From: Alphaproteobacteria bacterium
Lineage (GTDB): Bacteria > Pseudomonadota > Alphaproteobacteria > SMXQ01
NCBI GenBank assembly: GCA_038145705.1
Contig: JAYQQF010000009.1
Location: 68,422 to 132,421, forward strand
Direction of reading: 5' to 3'
Length of the DNA stretch: 64,000 nt
Made by a program: the position numbers and the translations under genes. The notes beneath the pieces were generated by a model. That model was not told the DNA's origin and did no database searches. It saw nothing but the letters and a program-made list of their open reading frames with translations. Positions 8,103-19,186 of the stretch are shown piece after piece (within the stretch, counting starts at the first letter, position 1; the number at the start of each line of letters is the position of its first letter).

Positions 8103-10369
8103 TGCAGCCCGTCCCATCCGTTGTGGGGCCCCGGCGGCTGCTGCGACGAATTCGGGACGTCATGGCAAGCGAAGCGGAGGCCCAGTCCAAGCTGGACCAG
8201 GTCGTGCGCGTCATCGCTTCCGATATGGTGGCCGAGGTCTGCTCGATCTACGTTCAGCGCGCGGGCGAAGTGCTCGAACTGTTCGCTACCGAAGGCCTGA
8301 ATCCGGAAGCCGTGCACAACACGCGCCTGCGCGTCGGCGAAGGTCTCGTCGGCGAGGTCGCGGCCCGCGCCCAGCCCCTGGCGCTGGCCGATGCGCAATC
8401 CCACCCGGCCTTCGTCTATCGCCCGGAAACGGGCGAAGACCCGTATCATTCCTTCATGGGCGTTCCGATGCTGCGCCAGGGCCATGTGGTCGGCGTCGTC
8501 GTCGTGCAGAACCGCACCCAGCGCACCTACGACGAGGAAGAGATCGAGGCGATGGAAACCGTCGCCATGGTGCTGGCGGAACTGGTCGGCGGCAGCGGTC
8601 TCGTCAGTCCTGAAGAAACCGCGCCCGCCGAAGGCAATGCGGTTCTGCCGGTGCGCCTCGACGGCGTTCAGGCCAATGGCGGCATCGCGCTCGGCAAGGC
8701 GATCATCCACCGTTCCGACGTCGCCATCCGCCAGCTCGTCGCCGAAGATCCGGAAACCGAGCTGCGCCGTCTCGACGAGGCGCTGGCCGAAGTGCACCGC
8801 AACCTCGACCGCTTGTTCGGTGCGCGCGAACTGGCCCAGCAGGGCGAGCACCGCGACGTTCTCGAAACCTATCGCATGTTTGCCGCCGACGCGGGCTGGC
8901 TCAACCGCATCAGGGATGCGATCACCTCGGGCTTGACCGCCGAAGCGGGCGTCCAGCAGGTGCGCGAAAACACGCGCCTGCGCATGGCCCAGATCACGGA
9001 TCCTTACCTGCGCGAGAGGCTGGCCGACCTCGAAGACCTTGCAGTGCGTGTTCTTCTGCAGCTGACCGGCGCGGAAGCAGGGGCGCGGGCCGATCTGCCC
9101 GACGACGCCATTCTTGTCTGCCGTGTCATGGGGCCGGCGGAACTTCTCGACTACGACCCGAAGAAACTGCGGGCGCTGGTGATGGAGGAAGGCTCGGCCA
9201 CGGCGCATGTTTCCATTGTCGCCCGCGCCCTCGACATTCCCGTGATTGCGCAGGTCAAGGGCCTGCTCACGCGGCTTCGCAACGGCGACACGGTGATCGT
9301 GGACGGCGACAACGCCCAGATTTTCGTGCGTCCGTCCGACGATGCGGTGCAGTCCTTCCACGACAATCTGCGCGTGCGTGCCGCCCGCCGCGAGGTCTTT
9401 GCCCAGTTGCGCGATGCGCCTTCGGTGACCGAGGACGGCGCCGCCGTGTCGCTCAACATCAATGCCGGCCTGGAACTCGACGTGCCGCAGCTGCATGCGA
9501 CGGGGGCCGATGGCATCGGCCTGTTCCGCACCGAAATCCCGTTCATGGTGCGCGCGACCTATCCCGATGTGGGCGCGCAGACGGCCCTTTACCGCAACAT
9601 CCTCGATCAGGCCGAGGGCAAGCCGGTTATCTTCCGTACCCTCGATGTCGGCGGCGACAAGGCCTTGCCCTATTTCGCGAGCGAACCGGGAGAGAACCCG
9701 GCGCTCGGCTGGCGCGCCATGCGCATGACGCTGGACCGTCCCGCGATGCTGCGCCAGCAGATGCGCGCGCTCGTGCGTGCCGCCAACGGCCGCCCGCTCG
9801 CGGTGATGTTTCCGATGATCGCCGAGGTCGCGGAATTTTCCCGCGCCCGCGCCATCCTCGATCTCGAACTTGCGCGTGAGGAAAAATCGGGCGGCAAGCT
9901 GCCGCGCGAACTCAAGGTCGGCGCCATGGTCGAAGTGCCGTCCCTCCTCTGGCAATTGCCCGCGCTGCTGGCCCACGCCGATTTCCTGTCGGTCGGGTCC
10001 AACGACCTGATCCAGTTTCTTTTTGCGTCCGACCGTGGCAACCCGCGGCTCGCCGATCGTTACGATTCGCTCTCCCCCGTCGTACTGCGGGTCGTCCGCG
10101 ATCTCGTTCGCGACGCCGACAAGGCGGGTGTGCCCGTGTCGGTGTGCGGGGAAATGGCGGGCCGGCCGCTCGAGGCCATGGCCCTGATCGGCCTCGGCGT
10201 GCGTACGCTGTCGATGACGGCAAGCTCCATCGGCCCGGTCAAGGCGATGGTCCGGGCGTTGCGTCTGCGGCCGCTGGCCGATTACCTCAAGACCGTCCTC
10301 GACAGTTCGGATCACAGCCTGCGCGACCGGCTCCGGGCCTTTGCCCGGGACCACGAAATACCGGTCTGA
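8102..10369 (+). CDS. ptsP: phosphoenolpyruvate-protein phosphotransferase EI-Ntr (N-terminal GAF domain plus PEP-utilizing enzyme)
   Basis: A GAF domain followed by EI domains. The lysC-ptsP neighbourhood is typical of alphaproteobacteria. The N-terminus LLRRIRDVMASEAE resembles that of E. coli PtsP. Confidence 0.9.
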   Translation: MQPVPSVVGPRRLLRRIRDVMASEAEAQSKLDQVVRVIASDMVAEVCSIYVQRAGEVLELFATEGLNPEAVHNTRLRVGEGLVGEVAARAQPLALADAQSHPAFVYRPETGEDPYHSFMGVPMLRQGHVVGVVVVQNRTQRTYDEEEIEAMETVAMVLAELVGGSGLVSPEETAPAEGNAVLPVRLDGVQANGGIALGKAIIHRSDVAIRQLVAEDPETELRRLDEALAEVHRNLDRLFGARELAQQGEHRDVLETYRMFAADAGWLNRIRDAITSGLTAEAGVQQVRENTRLRMAQITDPYLRERLADLEDLAVRVLLQLTGAEAGARADLPDDAILVCRVMGPAELLDYDPKKLRALVMEEGSATAHVSIVARALDIPVIAQVKGLLTRLRNGDTVIVDGDNAQIFVRPSDDAVQSFHDNLRVRAARREVFAQLRDAPSVTEDGAAVSLNINAGLELDVPQLHATGADGIGLFRTEIPFMVRATYPDVGAQTALYRNILDQAEGKPVIFRTLDVGGDKALPYFASEPGENPALGWRAMRMTLDRPAMLRQQMRALVRAANGRPLAVMFPMIAEVAEFSRARAILDLELAREEKSGGKLPRELKVGAMVEVPSLLWQLPALLAHADFLSVGSNDLIQFLFASDRGNPRLADRYDSLSPVVLRVVRDLVRDADKAGVPVSVCGEMAGRPLEAMALIGLGVRTLSMTASSIGPVKAMVRALRLRPLADYLKTVLDSSDHSLRDRLRAFARDHEIPV

Positions 10370-10500
10370 AGCCGCGGAAACCTGCGGTTTCGGCACTTGG
10401 CGATTGCGCCCGGGCCCTGATATGCGATAACAAATCCCTGTTTTTGTGTAGGAAATTCCGTGTTGCCTGCCCCCGTGGGGAAGGCGCGGCGCGGAGCTGA

Positions 10501-11709
10501 ATGGGGATGGCAATGGCCGACGAACCCTCCAAGCGCAAGGTTTTGCCCGACAGCCAGAACGGCGATGGCGGCGATTTCGCTGCCGTTGTCCAGGGCGAGG
10601 CCCGGGTTGGCGATGTGCTGGCGCATATGCGCGCGGCGCGCGGCATTGAGCTTGGCGAGATCGCGTCGCACCTGCGCATTCGCGAACAGTACCTGGTGGC
10701 CATCGAATCGGGTGATCTCAGCCATCTGCCGGGTCCCACCTATGCCATTGGCTTCGTGCGCAGCTACGCCAATTTCCTTGGCCTCGACGGCGACGAAGCC
10801 GTCCGCCTGTTCAAGGGCGAGCGCGAAGGCGATGCCCAGAAGGCCGCTCTCAATTTCCCCGAACCGGTCTCCGAAAGCCGCATCCCGCGCGGCGCGCTCC
10901 TGTTCGTGTCGCTGGTGCTGGCGCTGGTTGCCTACGGCGGCTGGTATTACCTGTCGTCCCGCGACATGCAATTGGCAGATCTGGTGCCGCAGGTTCCCCA
11001 GAGCATGAATCCCGGCACGCCCGCAGGCGAAACCGCCAAGCCCGATGCCGCCGCGCCCGCGCAGCCGGCTCCGGCCGCTTCCGCGCCTGCCGCTCCGTCG
11101 TCCGAGCCCGCGACGCCTGCTCCCGTGACGGCAGAAGCCGACAAGAAGGCGAAGGAGGCAATGCCCGCGCCCGTTCAGTCCTCTGCGCCGACGCCGACGC
11201 CGGCCCCGGCCGCGGCCACGCAACCGGCACCTGCCGCCGCACCTGCACAGCCTGCCCCCGTCGCGGCGGCTCCTGTTGCGCCCGCGCCCGCGCCTGCGCC
11301 CACACCTGCTCCGGCGGCCCCGGCTCCGGCCGCGTCTGCCCCCGCCCCGACGCCTGCACCTGCGCCTACGCCGGCACCCGCGGCTCCGGCCCCGGTCGCG
11401 AGCGCGCCCCAGGCCGCACCCCAGACCGCTGCCGTGTCGGCTGCCATCGAAATTCGCGCCAAGGGCGACAGCTGGGTGCAGATTCGCGGGCAGGGCGGGC
11501 GCGTTGTCGTCATGCGCATCTTCCGCACCGGCGACACCTACAAGGTTCCCGACGAAAAGGGCCTGACGCTGATGACCGGCAATGCCGGCGCCATCGAGAT
11601 CGCGGTCGACGGCAAGGTCGTGCCTGCGATCGGCCCCTTTGGCGCGGTGCGTCGCGACGTGGCGCTCGACCCCGAACGCCTGAAGGCGGGCACAGCGGCC
11701 GGCCGCTAG
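10501..11709 (+). CDS. rodZ: RodZ-like cytoskeleton protein (HTH_XRE N-terminus, one TM helix, Pro/Ala-rich linker, C-terminal DUF4115)
   Basis: N-terminal HTH ([21 protein letters not shown]), a TM segment ([19 protein letters not shown]), a long PAPAPT linker and a C-terminal DUF4115-like domain. The start could be 10501 or 10513. Confidence 0.7.
   Translation: MGMAMADEPSKRKVLPDSQNGDGGDFAAVVQGEARVGDVLAHMRAARGIELGEIASHLRIREQYLVAIESGDLSHLPGPTYAIGFVRSYANFLGLDGDEAVRLFKGEREGDAQKAALNFPEPVSESRIPRGALLFVSLVLALVAYGGWYYLSSRDMQLADLVPQVPQSMNPGTPAGETAKPDAAAPAQPAPAASAPAAPSSEPATPAPVTAEADKKAKEAMPAPVQSSAPTPTPAPAAATQPAPAAAPAQPAPVAAAPVAPAPAPAPTPAPAAPAPAASAPAPTPAPAPTPAPAAPAPVASAPQAAPQTAAVSAAIEIRAKGDSWVQIRGQGGRVVVMRIFRTGDTYKVPDEKGLTLMTGNAGAIEIAVDGKVVPAIGPFGAVRRDVALDPERLKAGTAAGR
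11011..11440 (+). repeat. low-complexity GC-rich coding repeat (degenerate GCN-CCN units) encoding the Pro/Ala/Thr-rich RodZ linker
   Basis: Tandem degenerate repeats encoding [19 protein letters not shown]... are visible directly in both the DNA and the translation. Confidence 0.6.
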
Positions 11710-11809
11710 CCCTGCCGGGGCTTGGAATCGCCGCGAATTTGTTGATTTTCAGGGACCGAGCGCGCAGGAATACCGCTCACCGCGCGCCGTTCGCCAACCG
11801 GGACCAAGC

Positions 11810-12958
11810 ATGAGCCAGCGCCCTTATCGCGAGATCATCCGCCGCAAGAGCCGACAGATCCATGTCGGGTCCGTTGCCGTGGGCGGCGATGCGCCGATTT
11901 CGGTGCAGTCGATGACCAATACGCTGACCACCGACGTCAAGGCGACTATCGATCAGGTCCACCGGCTGGAAGCGGCCGGCGCGGATATCGTCCGCATATC
12001 GTGCCCCGACGAAGAGTCGAGCCGCGCGCTCAAGGACATCATCCGTGAGGTCCATGTCCCCATCGTCGCCGACATCCATTTCCATTACCGCCGTGCCATC
12101 GAGGCGGCGGAAGCGGGGGCCGCGTGCCTGCGCATCAATCCGGGCAACATCGGCTCGGCCGAGCGCGTGCGCGAGGTGATCAAGGCCGCGCGCGATCACG
12201 GCTGCTCGATCCGCATCGGCGTCAATGCCGGCTCGCTCGAGAAGCACCTGCAGGAAAAATACGGCGAACCCTGCCCGGAAGCGCTGGTTGAAAGCGCTCA
12301 GGCGCACATGCACATCCTTGAAGACAACGACTTTTTCGAATTCAAGGTGTCGGTCAAGGCGTCCGACGTCTTTCTTGCCGTCGCCGCCTACCAGCAGCTT
12401 GCCGACGTCTGCGACTATCCCCTGCACCTCGGCATCACCGAGGCGGGTGGCCTGCGCACCGGCACGGTGAAATCGGCCATCGGCATGGGATCGCTTCTAT
12501 GGGCCGGAATCGGCGATACCATTCGCGTTTCGCTTTCCGCCGACCCGGTCGAAGAGGTTCATGCGGGATTTGAAATCCTCAAGGCTCTCAACCTGCGTCA
12601 CCGCGGCGTCAATATCATCGCCTGCCCGTCCTGTGCCCGTCAGCAGTTCCAGGTCATCGACACGGTGGCGAAGCTGGAAGAACGGCTCGCCCATATCACC
12701 ACGCCGATCACGCTGTCGATCATCGGCTGCGTCGTCAACGGCCCGGGCGAGGCGAAGGAAACCGACATCGGCATCACCGGTGGCGGCAACCGCAACCACA
12801 TGGTCTACATGGCGGGCGCGCCCGACCATAAAGTGGGCGAGGAGCAGATGATCGAACATATCGTCGAGCTTGTCGAAAAACGCGCCGCGGCCATCGAAGT
12901 CGCGGCAAAAGACCAAGAGGCCGACGCCGGTGCCAAGCGCCCGGCAGGCGCCCATTAG
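11810..12958 (+). CDS. ispG: 4-hydroxy-3-methylbut-2-en-1-yl diphosphate synthase (flavodoxin)
   Basis: GcpE family with cysteines CPSC...C. Full-length protein of 382 aa. Confidence 0.92.
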   Translation: MSQRPYREIIRRKSRQIHVGSVAVGGDAPISVQSMTNTLTTDVKATIDQVHRLEAAGADIVRISCPDEESSRALKDIIREVHVPIVADIHFHYRRAIEAAEAGAACLRINPGNIGSAERVREVIKAARDHGCSIRIGVNAGSLEKHLQEKYGEPCPEALVESAQAHMHILEDNDFFEFKVSVKASDVFLAVAAYQQLADVCDYPLHLGITEAGGLRTGTVKSAIGMGSLLWAGIGDTIRVSLSADPVEEVHAGFEILKALNLRHRGVNIIACPSCARQQFQVIDTVAKLEERLAHITTPITLSIIGCVVNGPGEAKETDIGITGGGNRNHMVYMAGAPDHKVGEEQMIEHIVELVEKRAAAIEVAAKDQEADAGAKRPAGAH

Positions 12959-12975
12959 TCCGGGGGAAAGTTCCA

Positions 12976-14220
12976 GTGGCATCGCTTCAGCCGGTTCGCG
13001 GCACCCATGACCTTCTGCCCGATGAAGGGCGCAAGCACCGTCACATCGCCGACACGGCGCGCGGGCTCGCCGCGCACTATGGCTATGAAGAAGTGGCGAC
13101 GCCGATCTTCGAATTTACCGAGGTCTTCAAGCGTACCCTTGGCGACACCTCCGACGTCGTCACCAAGGAGATGTACACTTTCGAGGACCGCTCGGGCGAC
13201 ATGATCACGCTCCGCCCGGAGGGCACCGCGGGCATCGCGCGCGCCGTGATTTCCGGCGGGCTCAGCCAGAACCTGCCGCTCAAGTTCTTCTACTACGGCC
13301 CGATGTTCCGCCATGAACGTCCGCAGAAGGGCCGCCTGCGCCAATTTCATCAGATCGGCGTGGAGCTGCTGGGCGTCCCTGCACCGCTTGGCGATATCGA
13401 GGTGATCGCGCTCGGCGCGCATATCCTCGACGAGCTCGGCATCCTTTCCCGCTGCAGGCTGGAACTGAACACGCTCGGCGATTCCGAAAGCCGCATTGCC
13501 TACCGTGATGTCCTTGTGAAGTATCTGAGCGGCCATATCGACAGCCTGTCCGAAGACAGCCGCGAGCGGCTCAACCGCAATCCGCTGCGCGTCCTCGATT
13601 CCAAGGACGAAGGCGACAAGCGCGTCGTCGCCGATGCGCCGGCCTTCGGCGATTACCTGACGGAAGCCGCCCGCGATTTCTTCGCCCGCGTGACCGACGG
13701 GCTCGATGCGCTCGGCATCCGTTACGAGCTCAATCCGCGTCTTGTGCGCGGTCTCGATTACTACTGCCATACCGCTTTCGAATTCACGACCGACGCGCTC
13801 GGCGCGCAGGGCACGGTGCTGGCGGGTGGTCGCTACGACGGGTTGATCGAAACCATGGGCGGTCCGGCGACGGCGGGCGTCGGCTGGGCGGCGGGCGTCG
13901 AGCGGCTGGCGATGCTGGCCGAGGGTTCGGCTGCCCCGGCGCGGCCCATCGCCGTCATCCCCATCGGCGCCGCGGCGGAAGCGGCGGCATTGAAGATCAC
14001 TTTCGACCTGCGCCGGGCGGGTTTTTCCGTCGACCTCGGCTTTTCCGGCAACCTGTCGCGCCGCATGAAGCGGGCCAACAAGCTCGATGCCGTCTGTGCC
14101 GTGATCCTGGGCGACGACGAGATCGCCAAGGGCGTCGCCACGCTGCGCGACATGGGCTCCGGCGAACAGACTACCGCACCGCTCGGCGAGATCGCCGCCC
14201 GTCTCGCCCGCTACCGTTAG
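12976..14220 (+). CDS. hisS: histidine--tRNA ligase
   Basis: Class II aaRS motifs (GTHDLLP, FRHERPQKGR, GGRYDGL). The start is GTG. Confidence 0.9.
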   Translation: MASLQPVRGTHDLLPDEGRKHRHIADTARGLAAHYGYEEVATPIFEFTEVFKRTLGDTSDVVTKEMYTFEDRSGDMITLRPEGTAGIARAVISGGLSQNLPLKFFYYGPMFRHERPQKGRLRQFHQIGVELLGVPAPLGDIEVIALGAHILDELGILSRCRLELNTLGDSESRIAYRDVLVKYLSGHIDSLSEDSRERLNRNPLRVLDSKDEGDKRVVADAPAFGDYLTEAARDFFARVTDGLDALGIRYELNPRLVRGLDYYCHTAFEFTTDALGAQGTVLAGGRYDGLIETMGGPATAGVGWAAGVERLAMLAEGSAAPARPIAVIPIGAAAEAAALKITFDLRRAGFSVDLGFSGNLSRRMKRANKLDAVCAVILGDDEIAKGVATLRDMGSGEQTTAPLGEIAARLARYR

Positions 14221-14241
14221 CGGCCGGGAAGGGAAGGGCCG

Positions 14242-15567
14242 ATGTCGCCGGATCGCATATCCGAAACGCCGCGGCCCGCCGCGCCGCTGGAAGCGCGCAT
14301 CTTTCTCACCGGTGCCAATCACCGCACGGCCGGACAGGAACTGCGGGACACGCTGTTCGTCGAGGACAAGGCGCTGCCCGCCTTCTACGACCGCCTGCGC
14401 GCGGCAGGGGCCGGGGAATCCATGGTGCTGTGCACCTGCGACCGGGTCATGGTCGCGGCACTTGCCGATGACGCGGACGCGGTTGCCGCGCGTGTACGCG
14501 GCCTGCTTGCCGAAAGCGCCGGCATCAACGATGCCCGCATCGAGGGTGCGTTCCTGACCCTCAAGGGTGTCGATGCGCTCCAGCATCTGTTCGCCATCGC
14601 CGCTTCGCTGGAAAGCCAGGTGGTGGGCGAGCCGGAAGTGCTGGGCCAGGTCAAGGAAGCACACCGCCGCGCGGCGGAACTTGGCGCCATCGGTCCGGGG
14701 CTTCACCGCGTGCTCGATGCGGCCTTTGCCGCGGCCAAGCGGGCGCGCAGCGAAACGGCGATCGGCGAAAGCGCCGTTTCGATCGTTTCCGCCGCGGCGC
14801 AGGTGGCGCGCGAGGTTCTCGGCCGCTTCGATACCGCTCACGCGCTGATGATCGGCGGTGCCGAAATCGGCGTCACCGTGATCGAGCGCCTCAAGGCCGA
14901 GGGGCTGACGCATATTACCGTCGCCGATCCGCTGGCCCCGCGCGGCGACGCGCTGGCGGCCAGGTTCGGTGCCCATCGTCTGGCCATGGACGGGGTCGCG
15001 GCGGGCCTTGGCGAATTCGATATCGTGCTGACCGGCCTTGGTGCGAGCCGCCCTGCGGTTCTTGCCGCAGATGTCGCCGTCGCCTTGAAGGCGCGGCGCT
15101 TCCGGCCCATGTTCCTGCTCGATGCGGCGGTGCCGCCCGACGTGGAAAAGGGCGTGCGCGATCTCGATGACGCCTACCTGTTCGATCTTCACGATCTGGA
15201 GCGCATCGCCCTGACCGGGCAGGAGAAACGCGGCCAGGCCGCGGCCGAGGCGCGCGCCATCGTTGAAGAAGAGGTGGGCCGGTTCGTTGCCGCCGACAGC
15301 GGCCGGCAGGCGGCACCCGTGGTCGCCGAATTACGCCGCCATTTCGAAGACGTGCGCGAGCAGCTCCTGCGCGAACAGCCGGGCATCACTGCCGACGAAG
15401 CGACGCGGCTTCTCGTCAACCGGCTGCTGCATGCGCCTTCGCGGGCGCTGCGTGAAATCGTGGCGGAAGCGCCGTCCGCCGAAAAGGCCGGGCGCCCGGC
15501 CGAGGCGGGACTGATACAGCGCCTGTTCGGGCTTGGCCGCAAGGCGGGCCGGGACGGCGAAAAATGA
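14242..15567 (+). CDS. hemA: glutamyl-tRNA reductase
   Basis: The N-terminus [10 protein letters not shown] with the catalytic Cys (CTCDRV) and an NADPH-binding Rossmann fold (GGAEIG). Confidence 0.88.
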   Translation: MSPDRISETPRPAAPLEARIFLTGANHRTAGQELRDTLFVEDKALPAFYDRLRAAGAGESMVLCTCDRVMVAALADDADAVAARVRGLLAESAGINDARIEGAFLTLKGVDALQHLFAIAASLESQVVGEPEVLGQVKEAHRRAAELGAIGPGLHRVLDAAFAAAKRARSETAIGESAVSIVSAAAQVAREVLGRFDTAHALMIGGAEIGVTVIERLKAEGLTHITVADPLAPRGDALAARFGAHRLAMDGVAAGLGEFDIVLTGLGASRPAVLAADVAVALKARRFRPMFLLDAAVPPDVEKGVRDLDDAYLFDLHDLERIALTGQEKRGQAAAEARAIVEEEVGRFVAADSGRQAAPVVAELRRHFEDVREQLLREQPGITADEATRLLVNRLLHAPSRALREIVAEAPSAEKAGRPAEAGLIQRLFGLGRKAGRDGEK

Positions 15568-15589
15568 TTCCAACCCTGGAGAACGTGAC

Positions 15590-16702
15590 GTGAGTACGGA
15601 ACAGCGTGGCAATGGCGGGTCGCTCGAGGCGATTCGCGAAAAGCTCGATCAGGTCGTGGCGCGCTACGCGACGGTGGGCGATCGCCTGGTGTCGGCGGGC
15701 GATCTCGGGAACGACGAGCGGCGCAAGTTGCAGAAGGAGTATTCCGACCTTTCCGACATCGTCGCGGCGATCCAGGAATGGAGCAAGTCCTGCGCGGAAA
15801 TCGCTTCTCTCAGGGCGATGATCGACAGCCCGTCGGAAGATGCCGACGTCAAGGCCATGGCGGAAGAAGACCTCGAATCCCTGGAGACGCGACTGCCCGA
15901 TCTCGAAAACGCCATCCGGGTCGGCCTTCTGCCCAAGGACGAGGCGGATGAAAAGAACGCGATCCTCGAGGTGCGCGCCGGTACCGGCGGCGAGGAAGCG
16001 GCCCTTTTCGCAGCCGATCTGTTTCGCATGTACCAGCGCTATGCCGAGTTGCATCGTTGGCGCTTCGAGGTGATGGAACTCTCCCACGCCGACAAGGGCG
16101 GCTACAAGGAAGCGACGGCCAATATTTCCGGCGCCGGGGTGTTCGCCCGGCTCAAGTTCGAATCGGGCGTCCATCGCGTGCAGCGCGTGCCCGAAACCGA
16201 AGCCCAGGGCCGCATCCATACTTCGGCTGCGACCGTGGCCGTGCTGCCGGAAGCGGAAGAAGTAGATATCGAGATCAACGAAAAGGACCTGCGCATCGAC
16301 GTCTTTCGCGCTTCCGGCCCGGGCGGCCAGTCGGTGAATACGACCGACTCGGCGGTGCGCATCACCCATATCCCGACCGGCGTCGTCGTGTCCCAGCAGG
16401 ATGAAAAGTCCCAGCACAAGAACAAGGCCAAGGCGATGAAGATCCTGCGCGCGCGCCTCTACGAAAAAAAGCGCGAGGAGCAGGACGCGGCCCGCGCCGC
16501 GAACCGGCGTTCGCAGGTCGGCTCCGGCGACCGTTCGGAGCGCATCCGTACCTACAACTTCCCGCAGGGCCGCGTGACCGATCACCGCATCGGCCTGACC
16601 CTGCATAAGATCGACCGCGTGATGGAAGGAGAGGCCCTCGACGAGGTCATCGACGCGCTGATTTCCCAGGACCAGGCGGCGCGGCTTGCCGCCATCGACT
16701 AG
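15590..16702 (+). CDS. prfA: peptide chain release factor 1
   Basis: GGQ motif (SGPGGQSVN) and PxT-class RF1 features. A GTG start at 15590 preceded by GGAGAA is preferred over the in-frame ATG at 15533, which overlaps hemA. Confidence 0.9.
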   Translation: MSTEQRGNGGSLEAIREKLDQVVARYATVGDRLVSAGDLGNDERRKLQKEYSDLSDIVAAIQEWSKSCAEIASLRAMIDSPSEDADVKAMAEEDLESLETRLPDLENAIRVGLLPKDEADEKNAILEVRAGTGGEEAALFAADLFRMYQRYAELHRWRFEVMELSHADKGGYKEATANISGAGVFARLKFESGVHRVQRVPETEAQGRIHTSAATVAVLPEAEEVDIEINEKDLRIDVFRASGPGGQSVNTTDSAVRITHIPTGVVVSQQDEKSQHKNKAKAMKILRARLYEKKREEQDAARAANRRSQVGSGDRSERIRTYNFPQGRVTDHRIGLTLHKIDRVMEGEALDEVIDALISQDQAARLAAID

Positions 16703-16706
16703 GCCG

Positions 16707-17630
16707 ATGATGGGCGCCGCTTCCGTTGCCCTTGCCGCGCTGATCAATGACGCCGCACGCCTGATCGGCGGCGCCGGGATCGCGGGCGCGCGGGCCGAGG
16801 CGACGGCCCTTGCCTGTGCCGTGCTCGGGCTCGGTCGCGAGCGTCTGGTGGCGGCGCCGGACATGGCGATCGCTGCCACGGACGCCGCGCGTTTGCTTGA
16901 CGCGGCAAGGCGCCGCGCCGCCCATGAACCCTTTGCCCGTATCGTCGGACGGCGGGAATTCTGGAGCCTCGACTTCGTGCTGTCCCCCGATACGCTGGTA
17001 CCGCGCCCGGAAACGGAAACCCTGGTCGAGGTCGTGCTCGAAGCGGTTGCCGATCGGGCGGCGGAAATTTCGATCCTCGATCTTGGTACCGGTTCGGGGT
17101 GCATCCTGCTGGCGCTCCTGTCGGAACTGCCCAATGCCCACGGCATCGGCATCGACGCGGCGCCCGGCGCCGTCGCGACGGCGCAGGAAAACGCCCGGCG
17201 TCTCGGGCTTGCGGCCCGCGCCGAATTCCGGGTCGGCGACTGGGGGCTGGGTGTCGTCGGCCCCTTCGATGTCGTCGTGTCGAATCCGCCCTATATCGCC
17301 GAAGGCGATCGCAAGACCCTCGATATCGAGGTGCGTGAGCATGATCCGGCGCTTGCGTTGTTTGCCGGCGATGACGGGCTCGCGGCTTATCGCGCGATCA
17401 TGCCGCAGCTCGACGGACTGCTCGCCTGGGGTGGCCTCGCGGCCTTCGAATGCGGGGCCGGGCAGGCCGGAAAAATCCGGCAATTTATTGATCTCGCGGG
17501 CCTCGCCGAGACCGGTTCGCGGCACGATCTGGCGGGCCACGAGCGCGTCGTCTGGGGCCGCCGGGAAGGCTTTAACCGGGCTTTAAGACAAGTGAAAAAA
17601 ACTGTTGGAAAAGGCGACATTCCCGTCTAG
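16707..17630 (+). CDS. prmC: release factor glutamine N5-methyltransferase
   Basis: NPPY motif (VVSNPPYI) and SAM-binding motif (ILDLGTGSG). It lies directly downstream of prfA, the conserved arrangement. Confidence 0.85.
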   Translation: MMGAASVALAALINDAARLIGGAGIAGARAEATALACAVLGLGRERLVAAPDMAIAATDAARLLDAARRRAAHEPFARIVGRREFWSLDFVLSPDTLVPRPETETLVEVVLEAVADRAAEISILDLGTGSGCILLALLSELPNAHGIGIDAAPGAVATAQENARRLGLAARAEFRVGDWGLGVVGPFDVVVSNPPYIAEGDRKTLDIEVREHDPALALFAGDDGLAAYRAIMPQLDGLLAWGGLAAFECGAGQAGKIRQFIDLAGLAETGSRHDLAGHERVVWGRREGFNRALRQVKKTVGKGDIPV

Positions 17631-17780
17631 TTTGCCTTTGCAGAGCGTGCACGGGGGTGCACTGCTCTTATCCCTCAAGGATACTCCCTTCACCGGCGGG
17701 CAGCGATTTAAGGCTGCTGCACCGGCTTCATCGAAGGCGTACCTGGGGCCCGACTCCGACATAACTGCGACAGAAAACGC

Positions 17781-18359
17781 ATGAGACAGGTACCGAACGG
17801 TAAGCGATCGCGTAATCGCCCTGGCCGCAATAACAACCGGCCACAGTACAACAACAGAAACCAGACGTTTGATTCCAGCGGTCCCGAAGGCAAGGTCCGC
17901 GGCACTGCGAATCAGGTCTATGAAAAGTATCTTGCGCTGGCTCGCGATGCGTCCTCTTCGGGCGACCGCGTGACGGCGGAGAACTTCTTCCAGCACGCCG
18001 AACATTATTTCCGAATCATGCTTGCCAGCGGCCAGCAGATGCGGCCCCGTCCGATGGACGGCTTCGGCGCGGACGGTTTCGAGGGCGAAGGCGCCGAAGG
18101 ACAGGACGGCCAGCCGTTCCCGGCCGAACAGCCCCAGCCCCAGCCCCAGGCACAGACTCAGCCCCAGCCGGTTGTGCACGCCGGGGGCAACGGCAACGGT
18201 GCGGCGGTCGAGCCGCAGGAAGCGGCGCCCCAGCCCGCCGCCGAGCGTCGGCCCGAAACGCCGGCGGAGCTTGCCCAGGCGGCGGCGGCCAATGCCGACG
18301 AACGCAGTCGCGAACGCGGACGCCGTCCCCGTCGCGGCAGCGCTCCGGTCGAGGCCTGA
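17781..18359 (+). CDS. DUF4167 domain protein (Arg/Asn-rich N-terminus, Gln/Pro-rich repeats)
   Basis: The motif GTANQVYEKYLALARDA...AENFFQHAEHYFRI typifies alphaproteobacterial DUF4167. The gene sits downstream of prmC, as is common. Confidence 0.7.
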   Translation: MRQVPNGKRSRNRPGRNNNRPQYNNRNQTFDSSGPEGKVRGTANQVYEKYLALARDASSSGDRVTAENFFQHAEHYFRIMLASGQQMRPRPMDGFGADGFEGEGAEGQDGQPFPAEQPQPQPQAQTQPQPVVHAGGNGNGAAVEPQEAAPQPAAERRPETPAELAQAAAANADERSRERGRRPRRGSAPVEA

Positions 18360-18399
18360 CGTCGGGGTTATTCTCGTGGCCAAGGTGCGGGTATAGACC

Positions 18400-19020
18400 A
18401 TGACGTTTCCCGACAAGCGCTACGAGGACATCGCCGGATTTGCCGGTGATTATTTCGCGCATTACGGTCAGGCCGCGGCAAGCGTCCCGCGCGAGGCTCT
18501 CGCCCGGGCGGCCGATGTTCTGAAGGCTGCTTACGCCGGCGGCGCCAATGTCTATGCCTGCGGCAACGGCGGCTCGGCGGCGATTTCCAACCACCTGCTG
18601 TGCGATCATGCAAAATGCGTGCGCACCGATACCGGCTTGATGCCGCGCGTGGTCAGCCTGTCCGCCAACCTCGAACTCATTACGGCCATCGCCAACGACA
18701 TCGCCTATGACGATGTGTTCGTCTACCAGCTCCAGAGCCTGGGGCGCAAAGGCGATGTTTTGGTCACCATCAGTTCCTCGGGCGATTCGGAAAATGTCGT
18801 GCGTGCGATCCAGTGGGCGCGTGACAACGGGCTTCATACCATCGCGATGACCGGCTTTTCCGGCGGGCGCACGGCCAAGCTGGCCGACGTCAGCCTGCAC
18901 GTGGATGGAGACAACTACGGCGTGATCGAGGACGTGCACCAGTCGCTCATGCATATCCTTGCCCAGTACGTCCGTCTGTCCCATATGCCCGACGGTCTGA
19001 TCCGCGAGCGCAAATTCTAG
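18400..19020 (+). CDS. gmhA: SIS-domain sedoheptulose-7-phosphate isomerase (phosphoheptose isomerase)
   Basis: SIS fold with GNGGSAAISNH and TISSSGDSENV motifs, about 200 aa. Confidence 0.65.
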   Translation: MTFPDKRYEDIAGFAGDYFAHYGQAAASVPREALARAADVLKAAYAGGANVYACGNGGSAAISNHLLCDHAKCVRTDTGLMPRVVSLSANLELITAIANDIAYDDVFVYQLQSLGRKGDVLVTISSSGDSENVVRAIQWARDNGLHTIAMTGFSGGRTAKLADVSLHVDGDNYGVIEDVHQSLMHILAQYVRLSHMPDGLIRERKF

Positions 19021-19040
19021 CGCCCGCCCGCCCGCGCCCC

Positions 19041-19069
19041 CTTGCCGCGGCGAAATTTCGACCCATATA
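19041..19069 (+). promoter_or_regulatory. putative RpoH (sigma-32) heat-shock promoter for clpB
   Basis: CTTGCCG, a 14-nt spacer, then aCCCATAT, compared with the sigma-32 consensus CTTGAA-N13-15-CCCCATnT. It lies about 120 bp upstream of the clpB start. Confidence 0.35.
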
Positions 19070-19075
19070 GCTAAT

Positions 19076-19100
19076 AGCCCTTGAAATCCGAGGGCTTTTT
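19076..19100 (+). terminator. hairpin followed by a T-tract (possible terminator of the gmhA-like gene, or an attenuator in the clpB leader)
   Basis: A 6-bp stem (AGCCCT ... AGGGCT), a 9-nt loop and then TTTTT. Confidence 0.3.
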
Positions 19101-19186
19101 AACGGTTCCACAACCCCGGGCCGCGAAGATCGCGGCCGAGCGCTGCCCGATCGGGGGCGCGAGGGGCCGGAGACTGAGGAAGACAT

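Noticed and set aside
7868-10513. 881-aa minus-strand ORF antisense to ptsP. Many similar long antisense or overlapping ORFs occur elsewhere (for example 1173-2183, 2297-3373, 12955-15192, 15416-17152, 18947-21424, 31813-33423, 33080-34312, 34411-35637, 38804-40087, 61352-62779, 62724-63902).
   Set aside because: These are typical high-GC shadow ORFs. The opposite strand encodes conserved, recognisable proteins, and their translations are Arg/Ala/Pro/Gly-rich low-complexity sequences with no motifs.
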